A stretch of DNA of 64,000 nucleotides from a virus (IMGVR_UViG_3300043436_004750); one strand, 5' to 3'; shown: positions 1 to 8,193, counted from the stretch's first letter. Numbers and translations: made by a program. The notes: generated from the sequence alone by a model not told the origin.

Positions 1-453
1 TCAAATGGATTAGTAGTAGCTGATGAAGAATTCTCAGCATTCAGAATCAGACATACAGGATATACCTTCGAAGAATTAAGAGGAGTAGTATCTCAAGCAG
101 TAGCTGATCTTCCTAACAAGGTAGATATTCTTAACAAAATGCAGTTAAGAGAATTGACTCCAGCTGAGCAAAGACAGTTAGCAATCGATGCAATGCAATT
201 GAGAACTAATAGAATTGATGCTGTATGGGATGAAGAAACTATCCAAGACGTTTTAACTCCTACAAGAGATGCTGATAAAGGAAATGACCTCTGGAAAGTA
301 TTTAATGTAATCCAAGAGAAGATTACTCAAGGAGGATACTCAGCAGCATTGAATGGTGCTAAAGTAAGAAAGGTTAGAAAGATTAAATCATTCGAGAAAG
401 ATCTAGAGGTTAATCAAAAGCTATTCAAATTAGCAACAGCATTAGTCAACTAA
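1..453 (+). CDS. hypothetical protein (5' end outside window)
   Basis: Open frame runs from base 1 in frame with track ORF 139..453; no stop upstream. Confidence 0.45.
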   Translation, partial: SNGLVVADEEFSAFRIRHTGYTFEELRGVVSQAVADLPNKVDILNKMQLRELTPAEQRQLAIDAMQLRTNRIDAVWDEETIQDVLTPTRDADKGNDLWKVFNVIQEKITQGGYSAALNGAKVRKVRKIKSFEKDLEVNQKLFKLATALVN

Positions 454-692
454 TGGATAGAGCAAAGTATATACAGATGAGAAAATCAGGCCAGTATGAT
501 CTGGCTTGGTTTTACCAATACTTCTTAAAGCATAAGGATGAGAATAGAGTAACTCCACCCTTTGAAATATTTCAACAAGCATTTAATATGTACTTCCAGA
601 TGAATGGAAGAGCAATACTAGAGCTATTGGATAAGAAAATGGACGTAACAAAAATAGAAGATCAACAAGGAAACTTGTTATACATAAACTAA
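453..692 (+). CDS. hypothetical protein
   Basis: 79-aa ORF, ATGA start/stop overlap with upstream gene (operon-like packing). Confidence 0.5.
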   Translation: MDRAKYIQMRKSGQYDLAWFYQYFLKHKDENRVTPPFEIFQQAFNMYFQMNGRAILELLDKKMDVTKIEDQQGNLLYIN

Positions 693-696
693 AAAC

Positions 697-933
697 ATGG
701 AAAGTAAAGTAAAAACACCAAAGGAATTAATGGATGATTTAAAAGGAAATTACATTCAAGTAATTAAAAAGAACGGAAAGACCCATGATAAACTATACAA
801 AGATCCTCAGAGAGCTGTAAGAGCAGTAGGAGTTGAGAATATAAAATACTTACGAGAGGTATTAAAAGAACAAGTCAATTCCAGATATACAGAAATTGAT
901 GCAATAACAGGAACAAAAGAAAACGAATTATAA
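697..933 (+). CDS. hypothetical protein
   Basis: 78-aa ORF tightly packed. Confidence 0.5.
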   Translation: MESKVKTPKELMDDLKGNYIQVIKKNGKTHDKLYKDPQRAVRAVGVENIKYLREVLKEQVNSRYTEIDAITGTKENEL

Positions 934-935
934 TT

Positions 936-1139
936 ATGGATAAATTAGGAGTAGTATTAGCAGCATTTGGAATGCTAGTTGTAGTAGCGATTTTATTAGC
1001 ATGGCCGACACAATGGCTTTGGAATAACGCTTTAGTAGGTGCGATAGATGGATTCAATCCAATCGGCTTTTGGCAAGCATTAGGAATTAATATCCTATGT
1101 GGAATTTTATTTAGAAATAATAACTCAAGTAAGTCATGA
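936..1139 (+). CDS. small membrane protein
   Basis: 67-aa ORF, hydrophobic segments (VVLAAFGMLVVVAILLAW). Confidence 0.5.
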   Translation: MDKLGVVLAAFGMLVVVAILLAWPTQWLWNNALVGAIDGFNPIGFWQALGINILCGILFRNNNSSKS

Positions 1140-1369
1140 AGATGGTTATTAAATTCTTAGTGATAGTATTCTTAGGATTAGGATTAATGCAATTGGCAGA
1201 TCTAGCATTCTATCTGATGAATAAAGAAGATAGTTATCTTTTTAATATAGGATTAATAGTATTTGGAATTATATTTGTAGCGTTTGGTTATTTAGGATTG
1301 TATATGTTAAAGGTAATCAAGCCTGAGGAGGAAGTAGAGGAAGAAGTTAAACAAGAAAAAGAAGAATAG
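1136..1369 (+). CDS. small membrane protein
   Basis: 77 aa, two predicted TM helices, acidic C-terminus; 4-nt overlap with upstream ORF. Confidence 0.5.
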   Translation: MKMVIKFLVIVFLGLGLMQLADLAFYLMNKEDSYLFNIGLIVFGIIFVAFGYLGLYMLKVIKPEEEVEEEVKQEKEE

Positions 1370-1371
1370 TT

Positions 1372-1761
1372 ATGGTAATATTAATCATATTAATAATTGT
1401 AGGTTTATTAATTTGGAGTATTTTTGAAATAGCTGTACTGTCTGGAGAAGGATCTCCAATCTCTGAAAAAGACATCTCAGATTATTTAGATAAGATTGAG
1501 AAAGAAAATCGTATAAATGGAATAAGTAAGAGGTGGAATGATAAGTTTGTTTTAAATGTCAAAAGGTTTAATCCTAGTCATTATGATAATCCTTCAATTT
1601 ACGAAACACAGTACTCATTACTGTTTCCATACCATATTACCGGTGTAGGAGTGATTCCAATATGGAGTAAATCTTATACAAGACTTAGAACTATATTTAA
1701 AGAGAATATTGAAAATTCTAGTTATAAAACAGATAAAAGGAAAAAATTAGGGCTGGATTAG
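1372..1761 (+). CDS. hypothetical protein with N-terminal TM helix
   Basis: 129-aa ORF. Confidence 0.5.
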   Translation: MVILIILIIVGLLIWSIFEIAVLSGEGSPISEKDISDYLDKIEKENRINGISKRWNDKFVLNVKRFNPSHYDNPSIYETQYSLLFPYHITGVGVIPIWSKSYTRLRTIFKENIENSSYKTDKRKKLGLD

Positions 1762-1793
1762 TTGCCTCTTAAGAATATATTTCGTATATTTAG
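1762..1793 (+). promoter_or_regulatory. early promoter family member (-33 TTG, 20-nt spacer, -7 TATATTTAG)
   Basis: TTG 1762-1764, TATATTTAG 1785-1793, upstream of gene at 1836. Confidence 0.55.
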
Positions 1794-1835
1794 GTATAAT
1801 AATAAATAATTAATTATAAATTTAAACAACAAGTT

Positions 1836-2684
1836 ATGAACAGAATTTTAATTGCAGTAGGCTTAGTAGTAGCCATTTTAGTAGGTATTAGCTCTTGTGA
1901 AAGAATTGACGCAGGTCATGTAGGAGTCAAGGTGAATCTATATGGTTCAGGTAAAGGAGTAAGTGATGTTACAGAATGTACTGGATTAGTGTTTTACAAT
2001 CCAATGTCAACAAAGATCTATGAATTTCCAATTTATATTCAACATAAAGAGTATAAAAAAACAGAAGAAGGAGATAATTCATTTATTGTAAACAGTAAGG
2101 ATGGATCAGAATTTAGCGTATCACCTATCATGAATTACTCAGTACAGAGAGAGAAAGTACCAGCTATCTTTGCAAAGTATAGAAGAAGCTTACCAGAGAT
2201 TGAAGAAGGATTCTTAAAAACAGCCGTATATGATGCCTTTAGGTTAGCTGCAAATAAGTACACAGCCGATGGATTGATTTCAAATCGAGAAGTATTTGAG
2301 GTTGAAGTAAGAAGAATATTAGTAACGCAATTACAAAAAGAAGGATTTATATTAAATCAATTCACATCAAATCTAATCTATCCAGATTCATTTAAGAAAG
2401 CTATTAATGCTAAGAACAATGCAGTACAGTCAGCTTTAATGGCTGAGAATAAAGTTAAGCAAGCTGAGGCAGAAGCTAAGATTAAAGTAGCAACAGCAAA
2501 TGGTAACGCTGAAGCATTACTAGCAAATGCAAGAGCTGAAGCTGAATCAAATAGATTAAGACAACAAACATTAACTCCGATGTTATTACAACAACAATGG
2601 ATTGAAGCATGGAGAAGAGGTGGATCACAAGTACCGCAGTATATTACAAGTGGTGGAGGAAACTTCATGATGAATATAAAATAG
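1836..2684 (+). CDS. SPFH/band-7 (prohibitin/HflK-C-like) membrane protein
   Basis: N-terminal TM helix then GHVGVKV...SPFH-like core and Ala/Glu-rich coiled-coil tail (AEAEAKIKVATANGNAEALLANARAEAE) typical of the band-7 family. Confidence 0.5.
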   Translation: MNRILIAVGLVVAILVGISSCERIDAGHVGVKVNLYGSGKGVSDVTECTGLVFYNPMSTKIYEFPIYIQHKEYKKTEEGDNSFIVNSKDGSEFSVSPIMNYSVQREKVPAIFAKYRRSLPEIEEGFLKTAVYDAFRLAANKYTADGLISNREVFEVEVRRILVTQLQKEGFILNQFTSNLIYPDSFKKAINAKNNAVQSALMAENKVKQAEAEAKIKVATANGNAEALLANARAEAESNRLRQQTLTPMLLQQQWIEAWRRGGSQVPQYITSGGGNFMMNIK

Positions 2685-2710
2685 TAAAATATTTTAAAAT
2701 AATTAAGAAA

Positions 2711-2735
2711 AGAGTTGCTAGCGCAGCTCTTTTTT
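2711..2735 (+). terminator. hairpin + T-run
   Basis: agagttgc-tagc-gcagctct followed by ttttt. Confidence 0.4.
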
Positions 2736-2746
2736 CGTATATTTAG
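2715..2746 (+). promoter_or_regulatory. early promoter family member
   Basis: TTG 2715-2717, 20-nt spacer, TATATTTAG 2738-2746. Confidence 0.5.
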
Positions 2747-2771
2747 GTATAGAAATAAACAAATAAAGGTT

Positions 2772-2870
2772 ATGACAGAAGAAGAATTACAAGCATTACT
2801 TGATGAGGAAGAGAAGTATATCAATGAATGGAGAGACAGTCTAACACAGGAGGAGATTGATTCAATTTAA
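2772..2870 (+). CDS. small acidic protein (32 aa)
   Basis: ATG about 26 nt downstream of promoter; MTEEELQALLDEEEKYINEWRDSLTQEEIDSI. Confidence 0.3.
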   Translation: MTEEELQALLDEEEKYINEWRDSLTQEEIDSI

Positions 2871-2970
2871 AAAATTAAGGGAGGGGGCGCAAGACAACTC
2901 ACCGAAGGTATCACGCGCAAATTCTCCCAACCCTCCAGGTTGTAGGAGGTAAAATCTAAATAAAAGTTAT

Positions 2971-3225
2971 ATGAAAACAGTTTACAAGTATGAGTTAAGA
3001 TCACAAGATGCTAGTATAAAGCTTCCAAAAGGGGCAGAGATACTTACAGTACAATTACAAAACGGTATACCAACCCTATGGGCACTTGTAGATCCAGAGA
3101 ATGTATTAGAGGATAGATTTATATCTACTGTTGGTACAGGATGGGAAGTATCGGATAATATGAAGTATATTTGTACATACATGGAAGGATACTTTGTATG
3201 GCATGTATTTGAAATGGTACTATAA
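2971..3225 (+). CDS. hypothetical protein
   Basis: 84-aa ORF. Confidence 0.5.
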   Translation: MKTVYKYELRSQDASIKLPKGAEILTVQLQNGIPTLWALVDPENVLEDRFISTVGTGWEVSDNMKYICTYMEGYFVWHVFEMVL

Positions 3226-3469
3226 TATGAAAATAGAAGACGTAGTATTGTACCACAAGAAGTATAGAGGTAATAAAGTAACCTTCAACTCTAGAAAAGG
3301 GGCAGGAAAGGTTATAGAAGGAATAGCCGTACAGGTGGTAAAGGAACAAGGAGGACTAATAATACTCAGAGACTATGATAACTTCCCACATTGTATATCA
3401 ATATTAACATTAGAAATCGCAGATCAAGAAGCAGGGCTTCTTTCAAGCTCTGTCTTCGACGAGATATGA
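3194..3469 (+). CDS. hypothetical protein
   Basis: 91-aa ORF overlapping previous gene end. Confidence 0.45.
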   Translation: MYGMYLKWYYNMKIEDVVLYHKKYRGNKVTFNSRKGAGKVIEGIAVQVVKEQGGLIILRDYDNFPHCISILTLEIADQEAGLLSSSVFDEI

Positions 3470-3687
3470 AAACAATCATTCATGTTAACCAGCATATAAT
3501 AAAAGCTAATAGAAAGAACGGAGATAATAAACCAGTACTTACTGTTAAGACTTATAAAGAGAATAGGTACGGTCATGAAGTTGAAATAAACGGACCAAGT
3601 AAAGTGGTGTATAGTCCAGATAAGCCATTAAGTTGCGGTGCACATGTTTGGATAGAGACCAATGGAGAGGTAATAGTAATAAGATAA
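3466..3687 (+). CDS. hypothetical protein
   Basis: Internal ATG of track ORF 3391..3687 forming ATGA overlap with upstream stop; MKTIIHVNQ... Confidence 0.45.
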   Translation: MKTIIHVNQHIIKANRKNGDNKPVLTVKTYKENRYGHEVEINGPSKVVYSPDKPLSCGAHVWIETNGEVIVIR

Positions 3688-3834
3688 GAAAGGAAGTACC
3701 ATAGAGGTATAGGAGTAAATAATATAGAAGATAATATAATAGATACTCCAGCAATCGTAAGAAAGAATAATAAGAAAGACATAGGCAATACTGTAGAGAA
3801 TATAATAAAGAATATAGTATAGAAACCCATTCAT

Positions 3835-3884
3835 AGACCCGTCTAAGAACCCGGTCTATAACCCGTCTTGATACCCAATCCATA
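3835..3884. repeat. 12-bp-period iteron array (4 copies) (A/G)ACCCG(G)TCT
   Basis: acccg/acccaa at 3837, 3849, 3861, 3873, i.e. 12-nt spacing. Confidence 0.6.
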
Positions 3885-3944
3885 CGGCGAAGCCCGAGTA
3901 GGCTTCTTAGTCTACGACCCGTTTCTCTACCCAATCGATACCCG

Positions 3945-3990
3945 TATCGTAGATTGAGAAACAGAGTATCTCACCTACTCTATCTTCGAC
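3945..3990. repeat. 46-bp direct repeat copy 1 with internal hairpin
   Basis: tatcgtagattgagaaacagagtatctca..tactct.tcttcgac; second copy at 4064..4109. Confidence 0.7.
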
Positions 3991-4063
3991 TTATACATAC
4001 GTATCACATAGGGAAGATAACTGGAGAGACATAGAGAGAACTACTGAGAAACATAGTAAAAGG

Positions 4064-4109
4064 TAAGGGACTTTATCGTAGATTGAGAAACAGAGTATCT
4101 CAATTACTC
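4064..4109. repeat. 46-bp direct repeat copy 2 (hairpin acagagta-tctcaat-tactctgt)
   Basis: Near-identical to 3945..3990. Confidence 0.7.
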
Positions 4110-4367
4110 TGTCTTCGACGGTTAAACATAAAGAGTAGAAAAAAGAAGGGAAGAGTATAAAGACATATAGTACTAGGTATGAAAAGGTACTATATAGTAT
4201 ATACGATGTGTAAAATGATAGGAAAGGGATAGTAAAATAAGAATAGGAAAAATGTGGCGGGTGTGTCTCCCTAATAGTTTTTTCCTATAATAAGGAAAAC
4301 CTATAGTAGATACCCGTTCTATAGACCCGTTTTATATACAAAGACCCGTCTAGTAACTCGATTCGAT

Positions 4368-4500
4368 ACCCAATTGAGACCCGTTCTGTAACCCGGGCTA
4401 GTTACCCGTTTTGTTACCCGACTTGGCACCCAATTGAGACCCGTTTTGTAACCCGACCTCTTACCCGTTTTGTTACCCGATTGAGACCCGTTTTAGTCCC
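4368..4500. repeat. iteron array: about 57-bp unit x2.3 containing nine GT(T/A)ACCCG sites at 11-12-bp spacing
   Basis: acccg at 4379, 4391, 4404, 4416, 4439, 4451, 4463, 4475, 4486; followed by ccccc-ttcg-ggggg hairpin. Confidence 0.65.
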
Positions 4501-4543
4501 CTGGTTACTTCCCCCTTCGGGGGTAAAAAAGTTGTTAAAAAAG

Positions 4544-4575
4544 TTGCCTATATGGCCTATGGTTCTTATCTTTAG
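4544..4575 (+). promoter_or_regulatory. early promoter family member
   Basis: TTG 4544-4546, 20-nt spacer, TATCTTTAG 4567-4575. Confidence 0.55.
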
Positions 4576-4598
4576 GTATAATCAAAAAAGATATAGAT

Positions 4599-4778
4599 AT
4601 GTTTTCAAATAGAGTTAAGGGTAATTTAACTGTCTGGGGAGTATTGCTTACTGTGTTATTCTTTCCTATTATAGTTCTTGGGCTAATCTTCGATATAAAA
4701 GATAGAGGATGGTTTTGGGGAATTGTACAAGTAATTATTACACTATGTATATTAAACCTAGTATTTAACTTCTATTAA
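4599..4778 (+). CDS. small membrane protein (59 aa)
   Basis: ATG 24 nt after promoter; two hydrophobic helices; below ORF-track cutoff. Confidence 0.4.
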   Translation: MFSNRVKGNLTVWGVLLTVLFFPIIVLGLIFDIKDRGWFWGIVQVIITLCILNLVFNFY

Positions 4779-4893
4779 CCCTCTACAGGATATGAAAACA
4801 ATTCAAGTTACTCTCCAGGAGAGATGGGCAGCTTCCAAGCACCAGGTTCACAAGTCGAAAAAATCCTACACCAGGAAAGACAAGCATAAGAAA

Positions 4894-4922
4894 AAGGGCT
4901 CCAATCAAGGCCCTTCCTTTTT
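4894..4922 (+). terminator. hairpin aagggc/gccctt + T-run
   Basis: seen in sequence. Confidence 0.45.
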
Positions 4923-5000
4923 ATCTAAAGCTTTCCTTTAAGTATAATATTTAGTTAAAGCTTTCCTTTAAGTTAAAGTAACAGTTTAAGTTAAAGCATC
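4921..5000. repeat. direct repeats aaagctttcctttaagt x2 and tttaagttaaag x3
   Basis: seen in sequence; 30/18/18-nt spacing. Confidence 0.5.
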
Positions 5001-5207
5001 ACTTTAAGTAGTTATAAAACAGTAGTAGGTATTACTAACTACCAGGCAAGGCCTACCCTCCAGTCTACTCTTCCGACTCTCTTTCAAAGCCAGGCCCCTT
5101 ATAATATTCCTTTCTAATGTACCTAAAGATACGAACTATATCTTTGTTAGGCAACTTTTTTAGTAACTTTTTTTTAATTTATAATGAGTATAAATAACGT
5201 ATAGAAG

Positions 5208-5239
5208 TTGGATCATATTAGATAAGTCCGTATATTTAG
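5208..5239 (+). promoter_or_regulatory. early promoter family member
   Basis: TTG 5208-5210, TATATTTAG 5231-5239, then GGTATCAATAATTAAAAC leader. Confidence 0.55.
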
Positions 5240-5266
5240 GTATCAATAATTAAAACGACATATATC

Positions 5267-5641
5267 ATGGTAAACAACATTAAAGGATTACAGCTTGTAA
5301 ATTTCATTGGAGAAAGAAAAGGTATCTTCCAGGCCATAGTAAAGGTACCGGCAGGTTTTATGGTAGCATCTGAGATAGGTTCTGAATTACCTAGCCTTAA
5401 TAGATGGAAGAAAGGAGCTCTTCAATCTATCCAGTTTAAAGCTCAGGGGGTAAATCACTGGGTAACAGTATTTGCTAAGAAAGGTACAAATATAATCTTA
5501 TTAGATGAGAAGATAGCTGAGACGGTAGAGGTAGGTACAATCAATCAATTGTTCTATAACACCAATCTAATGGATCAGAATCAATATCAAGCAGTAAAGG
5601 CCAAGACATGGGCTGATAAGGCATTCTTATTAAACGAATAA
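5267..5641 (+). CDS. hypothetical protein
   Basis: 124-aa ORF downstream of promoter. Confidence 0.6.
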   Translation: MVNNIKGLQLVNFIGERKGIFQAIVKVPAGFMVASEIGSELPSLNRWKKGALQSIQFKAQGVNHWVTVFAKKGTNIILLDEKIAETVEVGTINQLFYNTNLMDQNQYQAVKAKTWADKAFLLNE

Positions 5642-5668
5642 TTTTTGAAAAATAAATAGGTAAAAGGG

Positions 5669-5700
5669 TTGGTTATTCCAATCCTTTTTCTTATCTTTAG
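5669..5700 (+). promoter_or_regulatory. early promoter family member
   Basis: TTG 5669-5671, TATCTTTAG 5692-5700. Confidence 0.6.
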
Positions 5701-5727
5701 GTATCAATAATTAAAACATATAAAAAA

Positions 5728-5919
5728 ATGAAAAACAGGAAGCAGGTTATGAAACATTTAGTAGGTAAGAAAGTTAGTGCCGTAGCAGATTGTGGTACAT
5801 ATAAAGGAAAATGCGTAGAAGGTATTTTATCTTTTTATGAAATAACAGGACAGTATTTAGTAAAGACAGATACTCATACAGTATCAGTGAAGGAAGAAAC
5901 AATTGAACTATTAAACTAA
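5728..5919 (+). CDS. hypothetical protein
   Basis: 63-aa ORF after promoter. Confidence 0.55.
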   Translation: MKNRKQVMKHLVGKKVSAVADCGTYKGKCVEGILSFYEITGQYLVKTDTHTVSVKEETIELLN

Positions 5920-5945
5920 GTGTTATGAAAAAAGTTTAAAAAAAG

Positions 5946-5977
5946 TTGGTTCGTATTATTTTATTTACTATCTTTAG
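5946..5977 (+). promoter_or_regulatory. early promoter family member
   Basis: TTG 5946-5948, TATCTTTAG 5969-5977. Confidence 0.6.
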
Positions 5978-6003
5978 GTATCAATAATTAAAACATATAT
6001 ATC

Positions 6004-6219
6004 ATGACAAAAGAATTAAAAAACAAGATTATTACCTCAATGAACACTATGTTAAGAAATACTGAGGTAAGAGACTTAGTTAAACCTAAGAACAATAAGG
6101 ATTGTTCAAGAATGACTTTTGGATATAATACAAATGACTATACCTTATTCTTTTCAAATGGAGAAGTGTTTGTAAATACAGACTCAGGGTTATTTGTAGC
6201 AGAGGTAATTAATTTATAA
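6004..6219 (+). CDS. hypothetical protein
   Basis: 71-aa ORF. Confidence 0.55.
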   Translation: MTKELKNKIITSMNTMLRNTEVRDLVKPKNNKDCSRMTFGYNTNDYTLFFSNGEVFVNTDSGLFVAEVINL

Positions 6220-6225
6220 AAAAAG

Positions 6226-6257
6226 TTGCCTCTTCGGAGGCAATTCACTATCTTTAG
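6226..6257 (+). promoter_or_regulatory. early promoter family member; -33 embedded in gcctc-ttcg-gaggc hairpin
   Basis: TTG 6226-6228, TATCTTTAG 6249-6257. Confidence 0.6.
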
Positions 6258-6292
6258 GTATCAATAATTAAAACAATTTAAATCAGAATAAG

Positions 6293-6535
6293 ATGAAAGA
6301 TAAAATTTTTAAATACCTATTTCTAAAACAAGAAAACCAATATAAAGATGATTTTGGTAATTTGTGGCATAAGTATAGAATCAATCCATACAATCCGTTA
6401 AGTTATTTTGTAATAATATTTGGATTAATCCTTGCTTTGATTCTATTTGGTGCATTAGGTATGTGGAGGGAAGTTGATATAAGAAATCCATTCAAATGGA
6501 ACAGATACCAAATTAGTAATAACTTTTACTTTTAA
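6293..6535 (+). CDS. small membrane protein
   Basis: 80 aa, TM helix VIIFGLILALILFGALGMW. Confidence 0.55.
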   Translation: MKDKIFKYLFLKQENQYKDDFGNLWHKYRINPYNPLSYFVIIFGLILALILFGALGMWREVDIRNPFKWNRYQISNNFYF

Positions 6536-6559
6536 CTGAGCAATTTAAATCAGAATAAG

Positions 6560-7333
6560 ATGAAAAACATACACGTACTACCAACAGACAAACCAAGTAG
6601 GTTAAGATACAATTTATCAAATGTACTTGTTTTAACAAAAGAATCTTATAGAGATTATGGTAAACAAGTTAATCAAAACATCTACATCACTTCTGATGAA
6701 GAAATTAAAGAAGGAGATTGGGTTATCGAACATAGTTTGAATTGGGTATTTAAAATACATAAACATGGTTTACCTAATTATACTCCAAATAAAAAGAAAA
6801 TCATTCTAACAGACAATAAAGACTTAATAAAAGATGGTGTACAAGCTATTGATGATGATTTTTTAGAATGGTTTGTTAAGAATCCAAGTTGTGAGGAAGT
6901 TGAGGTTGAGAGAGAGAAATCTATTGGTTATGCTGGAGATAGACAGAGAACTTTTTATGGTGGTTACAAAATAATCATTCCAAAAGAAGAACCTAAACAA
7001 GTAGGGATTGACTGGTCAGGGTTTCCAATATCAACACAAGAAAAAGTTGGTTATGTAGAACCTAAACAAGAAACACTTGAAGAAACTAAATTAAATGAAA
7101 AAGAGTTCTATAAGTATATGGCAAAGCAAGATTCTTGGAAAAGTACTGGCTTAATTATTCAAGAGTTTATACAATTAAAACTTAAAGAACAAGATAAGAA
7201 TAAATATAGTGAAGCAGATAAAATTATGAAGTTCTTAGATACAGAAGTAAAGTTAGGGCTTTCAGATATAAAAACTATTGAAAGGATAAAATGGTATTTT
7301 GAAACATACTTTGAACAATTTAAAAACAAATAA
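6560..7333 (+). CDS. hypothetical protein
   Basis: 257-aa ORF; 25-bp leader caatttaaatcagaataagatgaaa duplicated from 6275. Confidence 0.6.
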   Translation: MKNIHVLPTDKPSRLRYNLSNVLVLTKESYRDYGKQVNQNIYITSDEEIKEGDWVIEHSLNWVFKIHKHGLPNYTPNKKKIILTDNKDLIKDGVQAIDDDFLEWFVKNPSCEEVEVEREKSIGYAGDRQRTFYGGYKIIIPKEEPKQVGIDWSGFPISTQEKVGYVEPKQETLEETKLNEKEFYKYMAKQDSWKSTGLIIQEFIQLKLKEQDKNKYSEADKIMKFLDTEVKLGLSDIKTIERIKWYFETYFEQFKNK

Positions 7334-7334
7334 G

Positions 7335-7685
7335 ATGAAAGTACTTTTTATATACTTCTTAATCTCTACAGTACCTCTATCCACTTACCTAGACGGTGTT
7401 ACTAAAGCTTCTTATTATCATGATAAATTTAATGGTAGAAAAACAGCTAGTGGAGAGGTATTTGATAATACAAAACTAACAGCAGCTCATAAGTCTTTAA
7501 AGTTTGGAACCATAGTAGAGGTTACTAATATTAAAAATAGTAAGTCAGTTGAGGTAAGGATTATTGATAGGGGGCCCTTTGTTAGGGGTAGGGAAATAGA
7601 TTTATCAAAAAAAGCATTTAATCAAATAGGTTGTATTAAATCAGGTATCTTAGAGGTTTCTTATACAGTTATTAAAAAAAGTTAA
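7335..7685 (+). CDS. secreted RlpA-like double-psi beta-barrel (DPBB) protein
   Basis: Signal peptide MKVLFIYFLISTVPLS; SYYHDKFNGRKTASGEVFD...TAAHKSLKFGTIVEVTN...VEVRIIDRGPFVRGREIDLS matches RlpA/DPBB consensus. Confidence 0.65.
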   Translation: MKVLFIYFLISTVPLSTYLDGVTKASYYHDKFNGRKTASGEVFDNTKLTAAHKSLKFGTIVEVTNIKNSKSVEVRIIDRGPFVRGREIDLSKKAFNQIGCIKSGILEVSYTVIKKS

Positions 7686-7693
7686 AGAAAAAG

Positions 7694-7725
7694 TTGCTCA
7701 ATTGAATTAATGTTCTTATCTTTAG
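7694..7725 (+). promoter_or_regulatory. early promoter family member
   Basis: TTG 7694-7696, TATCTTTAG 7717-7725. Confidence 0.6.
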
Positions 7726-7752
7726 GTATCAATAATTAAAACATATAACATC

Positions 7753-8046
7753 ATGGCTAAAAAAACTTACAAGGACACAGACGGAACGTCATTTCGTGGA
7801 ATTACAATTCAAGCTTCAGTTGATCAATTAACAAAAGCTTTTGGGGAACCTGAGAATAATAATACGGGTGAGGACAAAGTAAATTTCGTATGGGATATGG
7901 AAACTGAGGATGGAGAAGTATTTACAATTTACGATTGGAAAGAGGGTCGTCCATTGAGATCGGATGAATTTGTAACGTGGCATATCGGAGCTAAAAGTGA
8001 ATCAGATTCGAGAATTGCTCAAAGAGAATTACTAAAAGCCCTTTAA
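7753..8046 (+). CDS. hypothetical protein
   Basis: 97-aa ORF. Confidence 0.55.
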   Translation: MAKKTYKDTDGTSFRGITIQASVDQLTKAFGEPENNNTGEDKVNFVWDMETEDGEVFTIYDWKEGRPLRSDEFVTWHIGAKSESDSRIAQRELLKAL

Positions 8047-8061
8047 TCAGGGCTTATAAAT

Positions 8062-8193
8062 AGTCAGGTGGCGGAATGGTAGACGCTAAGAAGTTGGTTT
8101 ATAGTTTCTCAAACAATGCGATGTTGTTTGAAACCAAGACACTTTAGGTGTAGAAAAATTTGAAACATACAGGTTCGAATCCTGTCCTAACTA
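8062..8193 (+). tRNA. tRNA-like gene, 132 nt, type-II-like D-arm, about 50-nt structured insertion, no encoded CCA
   Basis: 5' AGTCAGG-TG-GCGGAATGGTAGACGC (Leu/Tyr-like D-arm); 3' ACAGG-TTCGAAT-CCTGT T-arm + CCTAACT acceptor (6/7 bp); middle contains nested hairpins ttggttt...aaaccaa and tcaaacaa/ttgtttga. Confidence 0.45.

Noticed and set aside
875-1057. All minus-strand ORFs in the track (e.g. 875..1057, 2378..2824, 3545..3934, 24495..25062, 32110..32412, 38622..38888, 49198..49500, 58853..59215, 61384..61701)
   Set aside because: Each lies inside or antisense to a well-supported + strand gene or repeat region. Their composition is Leu/Ser/Tyr-rich, typical of antisense AT-rich frames. The whole window shows strict single-strand gene organisation.
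3391-3465. Upstream extension of ORF 3391..3687
   Set aside because: The extension overlaps the preceding gene out of frame. The internal ATG at 3466 forms a classic ATGA stop/start junction.
4368-4500. CRISPR-like array
   Set aside because: The repeats are 11-12 bp or 57 bp with no unique spacers of CRISPR size. This pattern is iteron-like, not repeat-spacer.
4497-4535. ccccc-ttcg-ggggg hairpin as an intrinsic terminator
   Set aside because: There is no U-tract on either strand (it is followed by taaaaaag). I kept it only as part of the structured repeat region.
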